Part shown: one piece after another, positions 27,150 to 39,690 of the stretch
How the letters are laid out: each line of letters starts with the position of its first letter
Numbering within the stretch: the first letter of the stretch is position 1
From: Camelus ferus
Taxonomy: Eukaryota
Reading direction: 5' to 3'
DNA length: 64,000 nt
NCBI RefSeq assembly: GCF_009834535.1
Contig: NC_045707.1
Location: forward strand, 59,336,001-59,400,000
Position numbers and translations under genes: made by a program
The notes under the pieces: generated by a model
Database searches by the model: none
Told to the model about the DNA's origin: nothing
The model's input: only the letters and a program-made list of their open reading frames with translations

Positions 27150-27720
27150 TAGCTAAGGAGAGGGCAGGTGGAAAGGAGAAAGAAAAGTCATCCAGCCACA
27201 GAGAACACTGGGTGTGAAGGTCAGGAAGAAAGATGCAGTAGAAAGAGCTGGAGAAATGGAATAAAAGTCACTGTGACTAAGGTGGGGAAAGCAAAGGCAA
27301 AGAAAAACATGGCATGAGGCTGGGAGGGGCTGGATCAAGCAGAGCTTTGTCAGGGATATTAAGGATTTTGGGTGGTAGTCTAAAAGAGATAGAAGATCAC
27401 TGAGGGTTTTAAGCAAGGCGATGCTTTTCCAGTATTTATTGCTGTAAGAAAGCCTCCCTCCAGGCTGTAGGAGAACTGATTGGAGGGACAAGAGAGGAAG
27501 CAGAGACCATGAAGGAGACACTTCCTTAGTCCAGGAAGAAGATGATGGTCCCGTGCACCTATGTAGTGGGAGAGGAGATGGATAAAAGTGCGTGTTTTTA
27601 GAGGATAAAGAGATGGAATTGTAGACGGTGATAGCAAGAATGACGCCTATACTTCTGGCTTAAAAAATGGTGAGAGAAGCAATAACCTGGAGCAAGAATG
27701 GGTTTTGTGCATTTATCCAA
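27150..27720 (-). mobile_element. L2 LINE fragment
   Basis: 'gatcactgagggttttaagcaagg', 'ccaggctgtaggagaactgattggaggg' and 'agtccaggaagaagatgatgg'. Confidence 0.7.
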
Positions 27721-27813
27721 CAAATATTTACTGAACCTGTTACATGCCAAGTACCATATATATGGGTTAATTCAATTAACCCTTAATCAGTGTTATATAA
27801 TACGAACCATTAT

Positions 27814-28905
27814 TGTAACCGAGCAGGACCCTGTGGGGTCTTTCCAGGAAAGACAGCCCCATGTCCTCTGCCTGCCTCTTGTCTCTGGAAAAACTTCAGC
27901 GAAAGAATAAATTGAATCAGAAAACTGAGATACTACAGAAACAAAGGAAAATAGTCAAGCAGGACAAAATAATAAGAGTTTAGCTGTGAAGGAAAAGCCG
28001 GGTTGGTCTAACAAGATAACTCACAAGTCTAAGTATTGGAATACTGATCTGAGTTCTGCTAGACTAACCTGTAAATCTAGGTTAATTAGTGTTGGTTTGC
28101 TGTTCATGTTTTTTGCTAGCCAGCTGGGTTTTCAAAGATACATATCTGGCTTTGGAATGTTGGTTTGCTGCCTCCCCGCCTCCACTTTTGTGATGATAAT
28201 GCTGCTAAAGCTGTTCCATGCCTATTGGCTGAATACCCCAAGCTTGTACTTTACCCTATAAAACCTCATGCTCACGTCTTGGAGGTGCTCAGAGCTTCGG
28301 AGCAGAAGCCCCTCTGAGCCCGCAGGCGTAATACATCTGAGTACTCCAACCCTCTGAGTGGTGCTTGTTTCTTGACTGGCCTGTCGTTTCCGTAACAATA
28401 ATACAAAAACAAAGGAAAATAGTCAAGCAGGACAAAATAATAAGAGTTTAGCCATTAAGCAAAGTCAGGGACCTTCAGTTCCTCCTCAAGGGCTAGAAAC
28501 AATATTCTGAGCCATATCCTTTGAGCCGTTTTGCGGATACTGAGACCCCTACCAGGTGGGAGAACTTTACACGATGACCAGACTGTAGCCATGACAAAAG
28601 CTGCTGCATATGACACAATTATAAGAACTGGCCTCAAGGAAACAGGAAAAAACCAACCCTGGAACTGAAGAGTGACTGTACTTCAAACAATCAAGATGAC
28701 GCTGATCAGACCACGCATGAGCAATTCCCCAATTCCAGGACGGTTGTGGGAGCTGATCGGCTGTTCTGCACGTAGCGCCCTCCCTCCACCTGTACCCTGC
28801 TGAAACTCCCCTTTAAAAGCTCTTGCCCCCCCCCACCCCAATTGGCAGTTAGGAGTTGGTTCTTGGCTTTCGAGTGACAAGCAGCCAGATCTGAGTTTAA
28901 TAACA
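27814..28905 (+). mobile_element. Outer ERV solo LTR (host of the inner LTR); R/U5 apparently deleted
   Basis: Starts 'tgtaaccgagcaggaccctgtgggg' and ends 'gcagccagatctgagtttaataaca'. CATTAT is repeated at 27808-27813 and 28906-28911. No AATAAA between its TATA-like tttaaaa and the end. Confidence 0.85.
27985..28397 (+). mobile_element. Inner 413-bp solo LTR flanked by a 55-bp direct repeat
   Basis: TG...CA ends, ATTGG at 28224-28228, TATAAAA at 28257-28263 and AATACA at 28330-28335. The flanks 27930-27984 and 28398-28452 match at 53/55 positions. Confidence 0.85.
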
Positions 28906-29299
28906 CATTATCTCTATTTTGCAGATGAGAAAAATGAGGCATAAAAGGTTTAAGAAACACATGGTAAGTAGTAAAATCAGAACTGGAACTAAGCACGCTG
29001 GCTCCAGAGTTCACACTTTTAAAGACTACACTCTGCTACAGAACAGACTGTATCATCACACAAATGCGTTTTGAGCCATAAGATGTAGCGAACACTACTG
29101 TGTGCTCTCCGGGTCTAGGTCAAGCAGGAAGCGTTCCTACGTGTTACAGGTGACACACCTATGAAGACACACTTGCACAGTCTGTCAATTGTAGGGGAAT
29201 TTCATTATACAAAGATTCTGTAAATTCAAATATATATAATTGACACTAAGAGAGAGGAAAAGAATTAACAAATTTAAGAGAGTGCAAGTTCCCTGCTGC

Positions 29300-29757
29300 T
29301 GTTCCCATCAACAGGGATTGTCCCTGTTATCAGTATAAAGTGGGAATGATGCCTTTCCTGCAAACTCAGCTTCTGTTCCCAGCTGCCTCCTCTAAAGTGC
29401 ACCTCTCCCAGAGGAGAGTGTGAGTCTTGTGTTAAAGACCATGTCCCCTCTCCGTGAACTTGCTTGGGTCATTGGAATGTGAGCAGGGGTGAAACTTGCC
29501 TTAACTGAACAGCAACTTGAAGAGCCATCAAATGACTTCCTCTTTGCTCCTTTACAGTCTACCCATGAGAATGGCAGGTCCCAGGAAGGAGCACCCTTGA
29601 GGTCTGGATCCCAGAACAAAGAAGGCAAGTGGTGCCAACCTGCAAGTAAATCTAGCCCACAATTAACATGGGGAAGAAATAAACCTTGTGTTTAAGCTGC
29701 TGAAATTTGGGGGCTGTTTATTATTACAGGAAAATATAGTCCAAATTGACTGATACA
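29300..29757 (+). mobile_element. MaLR MLT1-type LTR
   Basis: 3' end 'gaaataaaccttgtgtttaagctgctgaaatttgggggctgtttattattacagg...tgactgataca'. Confidence 0.65.
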
Positions 29758-30149
29758 GAAATCCATGACTACTTTTACCCAAATTTGAATATTTGAGAAT
29801 TTCACTTTAAATTCTAGCTTTTGAACCTAATCTCACATAAGATGCAACTCCAGGTAATTCTAGGGAGTCTCAACAACTGCTCTCAACCACAGGTGGGCTC
29901 AGTTCTCATAACTGAAGCAATTAATAGACCTACAAGCAGGGCAGGTCCAACCCCAAAATGATACGCATTGTTTCTGGCACTCCAGTAAGAGCTGAGAATC
30001 TTAACAGGGGCTGGCCCTAGATCCTCATTAGGACAGCCAGCTCCAGTAATTTATACTTCCTTCTCCCATCCTGATCTTCTGCCTGTAGGGCCTACAGCTT
30101 TTGAAGTTTTATTGTGAAATCTTTTCAGATGTAAAGGGGATAGCAGCAG

Positions 30150-30150
<1 letters not shown>

Positions 30151-30206
<56 letters not shown>
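30151..30206. repeat. Perfect (CA)28 microsatellite
   Basis: Read directly from the sequence. Confidence 0.97.
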
Positions 30207-30207
<1 letters not shown>

Positions 30208-32168
30208 TTCTTGTCCATTTGTTCTTCCTGATCTTCACTTTTATGGACAAACATCTGGCTGTTTGCCACATTTCTTAGACTGGAAATCTGATTTAGGCTC
30301 ACATTCTTCCAGAGATAATGAGTGTCTTCTTCATGAAGTCTGTGCTAATCCACCACACACACCTTCATAAATTAAAGGTTCTTATATAAACTTCTGGGTT
30401 TTACTGACTTTTGGCCTTAACATCAACTAACTTCAGCTTTTGTCAGTAATTCAATCTCTCTCTCACACACACACATGCATGTCACCTATCATTCAGTATT
30501 CTTGAATGTTCTCTTCTATATTTGATGTCCAGCAAACAGATGGAAGAATTCAGATCCAGGCAGGTGACAAAAGGGAGAGGTGGCACCAGGGGACCTGGTC
30601 CACACCAAGTCAGCACGGATAACCTGACATATGAGGAGAGGACGACAGGGGAAGAGACCACGGGATGGATTTTTCTCCTGCTGACACATGACTTAGTACA
30701 ACAAGATGGCGAGTTAACGGGGTTGAGCACCCATTGTCTCCTCAGCCCTTGATTTTTTCTACCACATGTTAAGTCACTTAAAGAAATGGCCCTGTAGGTT
30801 TACGCAAGGAACAAGGGAAGGCGTCCCCAGCAGTACCAGAGATTTGAACCAGTCCTAAGGAAGTGCCCAAATGAAATGATCATTTTCACTTGAGCTCTGG
30901 TCAACAGGTTTTTGTTCCCTGCATTTCTGGATATTAAATGGAAAGAAAATGACTCTTTTCCTTAGCATTGTCCAACCCCACTATTTGTATGCCAGTCTTG
31001 CTCATGAGCTATGTTTTTTTTTTTCCTTAAAATTTAAACACTTCTCCTCCCACCCATGGATTGGAATGCCCAGTGCTATTCTCCGATCAGCTGTTGCTGC
31101 CGGGCCATCTGTTATCCACGACGCACGATTTCAAGGAAAGCGATGGTGCGGTGTTTCTTAGCTTAAATTGTTCCAGGCCACCCCCTCTTCCAAAGTGCCA
31201 GACGCAAACCTGTTTGTTCCCTGTCTGCCACCATGATGTGTTTAGGATTTTTTTTTTATTTATAATTTACATCTAAATGGATTCACAGAATATAATGGAA
31301 ATTTGCATTTGAGTTGATAGGTTGAACAGAAGTTTCTGAAACCATTATTTTCCTCAATCAGGAGGTTCTCCCGGACATCCAGTCACCCAAATGAGCTTTC
31401 TATAAGACATCATTTCCCATTAGTTTTCTGTACTTATTTCTGGCAATGTTAACTCTTGTATTTCTCCCATTTGGGGTTAAAAATGTCAATGAAGAAAACC
31501 TACACCTTTCTTCAATTTGAACTCACCATTTATTAAAAAGAGTGTGGTGTCGAAGGATATGCTTCAAACTGCTGGTCAAAATAGAGGTTTGATGGAATGT
31601 TATTGTAAGAATCATAATGACACTCATTTTAAACATGTAGCAATGAATGAACTGAACACCTGCTGTTATCTCACATGATGCAGGTTCCATTTTCCTACAT
31701 CTGTGGCTTTTCCCTTCTCTGTTCACGTAACCATCTCTTATATATTCATTCTCTCTAATTATGTTTCCTTTGTTTTCAAGGAATAGAAACATATTAAGCC
31801 AAATCAAGAAAGAAAAGGTGGGGTTATTTTTATAATAATAATAATCAAGGAACTATATTAGACCCTCAGAAATAGAAACAAAATTACCCTTGTATCTCAC
31901 TGGGACCATGACAAGGAAGTCAAGGATTTACTTTTTCCCTCTGGTCATAGCATCTACCACACATACAGATTGAATAACCTCCATGTGCCAGGCACTGTCT
32001 AAGCAGCAGAAATGAGAAATGGTCTCTGACCTCTTGGCACTTACAGTTTAGTAGGTACCACAGACATTAACCAATTATTTAAAATATTTTTTAAATGGTA
32101 ACATTGTACAGAGTAGAAATATTAGGCACAGAGCCCAACTGATTTTGAGAGGACAGTAAAGGCTTCTT

Positions 32169-32226
32169 AGACATGAAGTTGAACCTAAATGTCCATCAAC
32201 AGATGACTGGCTAAAGAAGATGTGGT
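32169..32226 (+). mobile_element. Isolated ~58-bp internal L1 ORF2 snippet
   Basis: 'aacctaaatgtccatcaacagatgactggctaaagaagatgtggt' (PKCPSTDDWLKKMW) is homologous to 4373-4430. Confidence 0.7.
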
Positions 32227-32604
32227 CCACACCCTAATCCAGCTTCCTATATGATTACTGCACAGCATGTGGCTGGAACTGAGAAATGGCCAGAGATACC
32301 AACAGATTGTGGCTATTGAAATAAATCTGATTTCCCTGGGAAAGGAATTCATGACCTTGACTAGCTATGGTCTCTACCCCTAAGTGAATTACTACTGCTG
32401 CTTTGGAAAGAATTATGTTGGATGCTACGTGATTTGGATAGCCACCATAAAATTTCTCTATCAGTACTAATCCAGTGGTAAATTGTTGAGTTCTAGAGTC
32501 AGACAGACCTCAATTTGAATCTGAATACTATAAAAGTTACCTAACATGGTTAAACCATATGATTCTTCATTTATAAAATTGAGTTAATAACCACATCTAT
32601 GTAC

Positions 32605-33110
32605 CAGTTAAGAATGCTGTGGAATACTATATGACAGACTATCCAAAATGACAGTGGCTTCAACACATTTGGATTAATCTCTCCCCCCAAAAAAATTGCA
32701 GATAAAAGCAGTCCACAGCTGGTGGGGTGGCTCCAGGAGGTCACCCAGAACCTAGGGTCCTTCTATCTTTCCTCTCTCCCACGCTCAGCACTGGCTTCCA
32801 TCCTCCAGCTACCATGGTCCATGCTGGCTGCTGAATTATGAGGCATCACATCTGCATTCCAGAGAGCAAAGAAGAGAAGGTGAGGGTAGAGGGTGGGTTC
32901 AAAAGGAAGCCTCTCCCAACAGCCTAAGTTCCACGCCTCGGTTCTGGGCACATCTCATTGGCCAGAGAACTCAGTCACATGGCTGCATCAAGCTACCCAG
33001 GAGGCCTGGAAATGTAATCCTTTCCCTGACACTCTGTCACTTTAGATACGACTTGGGTACAAAAGAGGAAAGGAAAATTAGATGGGTAGACAACCTGCGG
33101 TCTGTGCCAC
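32605..33110 (-). mobile_element. MaLR MLT1-type LTR nested in a MIR (32475-33210)
   Basis: Antisense MLT1 motifs 'aaaatgacagtggcttcaacaca' and 'catctcattggccagagaactcagtcacatggctgcatcaagctac'. MIR halves lie on either side. Confidence 0.65.
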
Positions 33111-33959
33111 AACGTTCCTCAAGGATTACCCTGCGGATTATATGAGTTGATACATGTTAAAATCTTAGCACAGAGCCTGATCCCTTGTCAGCACCCAGAA
33201 GTTACCATTATTAGCCAATAGCCAGGGACATAATAGTCTATTACTTAAAACTCATTAAAAAAAGAAATTATCTATAATTCTGGAATATGTAAATTCCTTT
33301 ATTCTATTTGGTACTGACTCAGTTTTAAAGGAAATGATTTTTAAAAGTCATAAACAAAATAGGAAAAAGTTTAAACCAGTAGTTAAAAAAAGATATACTT
33401 TGGAGGGCTTATGAATCAACAAAAACTTATTACATGAAAGATCCAAAGCTGAGGCACTGCAGGAAACTAGATAAAGAGGGAAGGAAAAAGGTTTCCTTGA
33501 ATTCTAGAATAATTTTCATAAATAACTTAGAAAAAATGATAATGGAATGTGGCTCTTCCTTGTACTTCACAGATTTTCACACAGTTCAGCCCAAGAGTGT
33601 ATGTGGGTGGAGGACAGAGGGGACGCAGCAGTGTTCCTGTTCTTGCTTAGGTGTCTTTAGCCTCTGCTCGCTGACTTTTCTCTTCCCACTTTCTCCAGCC
33701 TTTCCTGGTCTCTCTCATCTCTAATTCTCCATAGCTTTTCTCCTTTTCTCTGCATTTTCCTCTAGGCCTGCTCTGTCATGCTGCTTTGCAATGTTTTTGA
33801 GGTTTAATGCAAATCGTAGCCGATGTTCTTTATTTCTTTTTAGAGTATACATCATCCTGAATCACTGTTTCCAGGGAAGAGATGGTGCCAGGTTTCCCTG
33901 AATGCTAATTCTCTCCTTTAATGCTCTCTCCAAACTAAAGTGGAAATACTCTGCTAGGA

Positions 33960-34170
33960 ACACAGTGGCGAAATGGGTTCCAGCAACACACAGACCAAGG
34001 TGTGTGCCACCTTATGGGAAGTGAGCTCATTGTTACCAGCTTCAGTTTCCGTTTCCCTAAAACTGGTATAATCATAGCATATGTTACACAAAGACCTTTG
34101 TTATGGATTTAATATGGTAATGTATGTAACTTCCAGCACAAGAAACAGGGAGAAAATGTTAGCTCTGATA
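33960..34170 (+). mobile_element. MIR SINE
   Basis: 'gcttcagtttccgtttccctaaaactggtataatcatagc...ggatttaatatggtaatgtatgtaa'. Confidence 0.55.
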
Positions 34171-34887
34171 ATAATAATGATCATAATGAAACTAGATACA
34201 GAAAAGCCACAGTCAACCTTCTGGTATCCACAAAATATTATTGCTAAATAATAATTATTTCACTACATGATTAAATCAATAACTTCCCATGGGGAGCAAA
34301 ACAAATAAACATAAACTCAAAAACAAATATGCTATATTTGATTGATCTGTTGGATAAATTCTATTATCTGGCAGGCTACTGCAGAGTGTCCAAAGTCTAT
34401 CCTTCTGTCTTTAGTCCAAAAGCCAAAATTGTAACACATTTTCTGCATGATGAAATACAGTGTCTTACACTCAGCCTTCCACCATTTGGTTTAACTCAGA
34501 AATATATCATCTCTCTGTTCAATTTGTTTTTCTTGTATGGAAGTTATTTTCTCATTGTTCATCATTCTCCAGACAGAATCATCCAGACCTCACCAGGTCA
34601 TCGACACAATGCCAGCCATTGCTGAGATACCTTCGTCTAACTAGCGTGGATATGTCTACTCTTTGCCTGACCATATGAAATAAATGCTCCCACTCATTCA
34701 TTTCCTTCCAAAGCCATATGGTGTTTTTCTGTCTAACAGTCCTTTTCCCAAGGCACTGACATATCTGGACAGACGTTCCCTATCTCTGTCAAAAGTAAAG
34801 TTTCTTAAACTGTTTTGGCTGATGGACATTTGTGGAAATCTGATGAAAAGGATAGATACTTTAGCTGAAAAAAAAAATGCACACGTG

Positions 34888-35230
34888 TTCCAATGGACTG
34901 AATGTTTGCATCCCCTCCAAAATTCTGTGTTAAAATCGGAACCCCCATGGTGATGGTATGAGGAGGTGGGAGCCTTCTGGAGGAAATTAGGTGATGAGGG
35001 TGGAGCCCTCATACATGGGATCAGTGCCTTTATAAAAGAGACCTGAGAGAGAGCCCTAGATGCACCATGTGAGTGTAAAACAAGAAGAGGGTCTGGGAGA
35101 GGGCCTTCACCAGACCATGCTGGAACCCTGATCTTGAGTTTCCAGCCTCCAGAACTATGAAAAATAAATGTTTCTTGTTTTAAGCCACACATGTTTATGG
35201 TATTTTATTATAGCAGCCCAAACAAATGGC
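34888..35230 (+). mobile_element. MaLR LTR, MLT1A-type
   Basis: 'atggactgaatgtttgcatcccctccaaaattc...gatgagggtggagccctcat...ccagcctccagaactatgaaaaataaatgtttc...tatagcagccc'. Confidence 0.85.
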
Positions 35231-35739
35231 CAAGTGGCTCTTCTCCCTTCTCTTTTGCCTGTTTTTTCTCCCCAGAAGCTATGCCTGTCAAAGACTGCCT
35301 CTCATACACTTACCAACTCCCTCCTGCTGCCCATGCTCTGATTTGCCAGGCAGAGTCAGTGTTCCCAGACCTCCAAGGGTGGCTTGGTCTGTCTGGCAGC
35401 AGGTTTGAATCAACTCTAGGCCAATTCTGGCTCCCATCTTTTCTCTCCCAGAAGGGTGCCAGGCCCCCCTTTGCCTTCTGCAAGGCCTTGTTCTAGGAGG
35501 TGCTGGATGGTAGCATGAGAGACCCCAGGCTGGATTGTGCTGTTTTAGGTTTTTGCCTTAGAAATTGTATGAATTTTTATCATTGTATCTCTAAACTACA
35601 CTGAAGGCACTGTTTTGGTATAGTTTTATTTATTTTTTTCCTCTTTGTTGATCCAGATTGTTTTTGGGGAAAAAAATATTAGGAAATAGGGACATATACA
35701 GCCACCATTGTCTTCAGCTATCTGGAATTCCTGAGAAAT

Positions 35740-36620
35740 AATTCTGCTAGCAGTGTGGAGGATGGATTGGAAGAGAGACTAAAACACGGAAGGGCTAATT
35801 AGGAAGTTATTTGAATGGTGTAAGTAAAATATAATAAGGGTCGTAATTAAATTCGTAAATGCAGAGAATTTAAGGGTTCAGCTGATGTTGAGCATTTGGT
35901 AAGTGTCCAATAGCAGGAGGGAAGGGTGACCCTGTACCTTTCTGGCTTAGCCATTGAGCATCATTATGGTAGAACCATTCTGAGATAAAGAAGATAGCAT
36001 GAGGGCTGATTTGGACAGATAGAAAGTGTATGTTGAAGGAATTTAATGGAATTCAATTTTAGAACAAGGAGTTTGGGATGCCTGAAAAATATCCAGGTAG
36101 ATTTGCTCACTGGGGATGTAGAAAGAGCGCCAAAAAATATTGTAACTAAAGCTAGAAATCTGGGCGTCCACAAAATAAAGCTGATAGGAGAAGCTATGTT
36201 TCTGTGTGGGGCTTTTCAAGGAAAAGGGAGTAGGAAAGAGAAGAGGAATGGATGCCAAGATAAAAGCATCCCTTTCACTGGAAGGGATGAGGCAGGAAGG
36301 AGGGGAGGAAGAGACCCAGAAAGAGAAGCCAGCAAGGCCGGGGGAAAACAGAAGGGAGCCATCTGGGAAGTTGGGAGTGAAATCAATTCCTTGATGGAAG
36401 AGTTGGTCCGCCTTATACGTACTGAACAGAAAATAAGGAAGTGAAGGTATGAACATCAAGTGGCTTGGAGACTTAGGATCTATTGAAGTTTTTAGCATTA
36501 GGAGGTCATTGATGATGATGCTTGCAAAGAGCATTTCTTCTAAGTTGATGAGAGTGCCTATCAGATTGCAGTGGGTTGAGAAATGAGTAAGAGATAAAGA
36601 ACTAGAGACAGGAAATGTAG
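35740..36620 (-). mobile_element. L2 LINE fragment
   Basis: 'gcagtgtggaggatggattggaag', 'ttttagcattaggaggtcattgatga' and 'cagattgcagtgggttgagaaatgag'. Confidence 0.7.
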
Positions 36621-37641
36621 ACCTCCTATCTATAGTGCCTTCTCCGTTTTAGTCCCTGAATAAAACAATAAAGGCAGTAGTTAAAATAATGCACTTAATA
36701 ATATTCTCATAACACTGAACACCCCTGACACGTAGTGTGTGGCACTTTTCACTATATGTAAACCTACCTTCTCTCCCATTTTAAATGGAACGTTCCTTTA
36801 TGTAAGGGTACATATCTAAATCATGTCTGTATCATGCAGGAGTGAATATCTACGATGAATTAGTAAGAATCTGTTGGTCAAATGAGTGAACCAACGAAAG
36901 ACTCAAAGAGCCAAGTCTCAACTGTGTTCCAAATCCTAGGCGTAATACTTAGTCCCTGTTTCCAGGTGCCACTTCCTGTAAAAAAATGTTTAGCCTCCAA
37001 TTTGAAACAATAAAGAGATGCTGACTCTTAGCTTACTTTATGAGACGTGAGTGACAGCCTCTGGCAGCCACAGCAGAGGAGCCATTAGGATGCACAGATG
37101 ACTCTGACAACCAGCTGAGGTCTGGAAATGGCCATTGTGACAGCCTTCCTCCAAAAGGGGCTTTCAAACACTAATGCGCTTCTCCATTTATCTGGCCTTG
37201 CACAAATCAAGAAATATTTTGTTCATATGCAACTACCCACAGGCCCTTATTTAATTTTATTACCACTCCCTGCAGTGCTGCCAGGCAAATAATCTTTGAG
37301 CCTATTTTGATTAATAACACAGTCTGCATTTCCTGTTTGATTTCCAAGCCTCTCTCAAAGTGAGACTCCAGTGTGGATCTCCAGATCTTCTCCACATCAG
37401 CTCTCTTTTGAAAGGAAGGCTCTGATTGATAAAGGCTTCCGAGCGCACACCACTGAGCATGAATGCAAAAGCAGCAGCGTGTACCCAGAGCCACAGGAAG
37501 GAAGAGAAAACAACCAGGAACAAATGTGCCAGTTCTTTAAGGGGAAAGAACCAGAGGACAAATGTGGACCAAAATATCCAATGCAGGATTTCATAATCCT
37601 TTTGACTTTAACACCAGGTGTGGCTTCCAACATAGGGCAAC

Positions 37642-37701
37642 TGTTTTGGGTTTTGTTTGTTTGTTTTGGAGTTTGTTTGTTTGTTTGTTTGTTTGTTTTG
37701 G
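37642..37701. repeat. Imperfect (TTTG)n simple repeat
   Basis: Read directly from the sequence. Confidence 0.85.
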
Positions 37702-38738
37702 AAAGCCAAGTAAAGAAGTACAACAGGAATGTTTCCTAGCACACTGTGATCCATACATCTGGACAGACTTAATTTCTCCAGCTGGCCATGGTGGCCATCT
37801 CCTTAATATTTGCATGAAATTGGCTTGAATTCCATAAATCCCCTAGGATTATCCGGGTAGAGATGTTGTCGGCAAGCCTGTGTTCTCCGTGGCATTTCAC
37901 CTTCATTCTCACTCACACAAGGTACCCCTCCTATGTGTGCGATCCTTTGTTCTATATCCCACTGCCCTACAGAGCCACGCACAGAAACCTTTATCCTCCC
38001 AAATTCCCCCAACCCAATGTGATACGTATTTCGGATATTACTAAAGAATTTAGAGATAACAAGGAGAGAAGTAGGTTTACTTAGCCGCACAGCAAGACAA
38101 ATGACTTAACATTGACTATTAAGACACCTCTGCTCTTAAAACTCCTAGAACTTACCTAGGGAATCTGTGATGACCATTTTCCTCTTGGAATTTTAGCCCT
38201 GCACCATGTTGCTAAACACGGTGGCACCCCCGCCCTTTCTCCTCAAACCAAGCTCACTCAACCATATTTCCCACCCAAGGTTCGGATAATTTCTGCTGCA
38301 GAAGAGTTTAGCTAGCCCTCTGTTTTATCACAAACCATCTGCTCACGCCCAAAGGGCCTCAGCCTTATATTTATGACCAAATATGACGCTTCTCTCCCTA
38401 GAAGGGGTTCTGTGCCAGCCCTTAAAGTGATACATTTTTTTTTCCTCCCTTGTTATTTCAAACAAAAGCTTATAGGGCCTGGGCTCTTCGTTATGGAAAT
38501 TATGTACTTATTTCTCATAATTAAAAAAAAAGAGAGATAGAAGAATATATTTTACCTCTTTGCTTTTCCCCCAAAAGGATTTATCCTAATCCTCTCTATC
38601 TTGAGCTAATCTCTCTTTCATGAACACTGAGAAAATGCTTAAAAAAGGAAAGGTAGAAACTTTTAGTTTTGAGTACCTTCCCTTCTGGTTCCCAACCCCC
38701 ATCTTGGTTCACTATACCCAGAGGGTTTATTATATCCC

Positions 38739-39690
38739 AGTGATGGTTAATTTTATGTGTCTATTGCCAAGGTCATTGACTCCCAGATATTTGGTTAAAT
38801 ATATCTCTGGATGAGTCGGTGAGGGTGTTTTGAATGAGGTTAACATTTAAATCAGTAGTCTGAGGAAAGCAGATTGCAGTACCTAGGATAGTTGTATCAT
38901 GTTAGAGTTATGACCTTGTCTTTATATGGAGATTAAATTAAGAAGATGTGCATGGGTACCAATTTGATTTTTACCTGTCCATTTTTAAAAAAGACTTTTA
39001 CTAACATTCAATTTTATATATTTTAATGTAAACAAACTTTTAACAACCCAAACAACCAAAATCCTTGGTATATTTTGCATCTGATTTGAAAGATATATAA
39101 TTCTAGTAAGTAAAAGATTTTCAAAGCCCTTTTAAACCTACCATGCCTTTACACTTTACATAAAGCTGAGTAAGGTTTTTAGAATTTCTTAATACTGGGA
39201 AGATTTTGGTCTGTCCTTTCCATTCCCACAGTATCCACAACTGTATACCAGTGCATAATTTTAAATTTTCAAAAAAAAAAAAAAACCCAAAAAACAAATG
39301 AAAAAACCCTCGAGGTGCTCAGATGTTTGTTCATATGTTACTCTGGGTGTGTCTGTGAGCGTGTTTTTTAATGAGACCATCATGTGAGTCAGTAGACGGA
39401 GTAAAGCGGGTTGCCCTTCCGAATGCGGGTGGCCCTCCTCCCATCAGTTGAAGACCTGAGCAGAACAAAAACACTGAGTGGAAATGCACTGCTCTGACCT
39501 CACTGCTTGATAGGACATTGGCTCTCCTGGCCTTTGGACTTGAACTGGAACTTACACCAGCGACTGGAACAACCTCATGACAGGGTTATAATTCTTTTTC
39601 AACTCTTCTCTTTGCTCCTATCCAAATCACACATACACACCCTCAAAATTTCTGTGTTAGGTTCTCAAACCTAGTTTGAAAAGCCAGTCT
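38739..39690 (+). mobile_element. Collapsed ERVL provirus: partial MLT2 LTR, ERVL internal 3' end, foreign insert, then a second MLT2 LTR
   Basis: MLT2 start 'tgatggttaattttatgtgtc' at 38741. ERVL internal 3' end 'ggatagttgtatcatgttag...atgaccttg...gatgtgcatgggtaccaatttga' at 38879-38967. Second MLT2 copy 'tcagtagacggagtaaagcgggttgcccttcc...catcagttgaagacctgagcagaacaaaa' from 39315. Confidence 0.7.

Larger units (their letters stand above)
27720..29040 (-). mobile_element. MIR SINE split by a nested double LTR insertion
   Basis: The MIR continues as 'cattatctctattttgcagatgagaaaaatgaggc...tggctccagagttcacactttt' after 28905. Confidence 0.65.

Noticed and set aside
34698..35192. 164-aa ORF, the longest in the track
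   Set aside because: It is largely the antisense reading of an MLT1A LTR, with no recognisable domain.
36043..36534. Overlapping 163-aa and 132-aa ORFs
   Set aside because: They lie inside a purine-rich L2 relic, and the open frames reflect composition.
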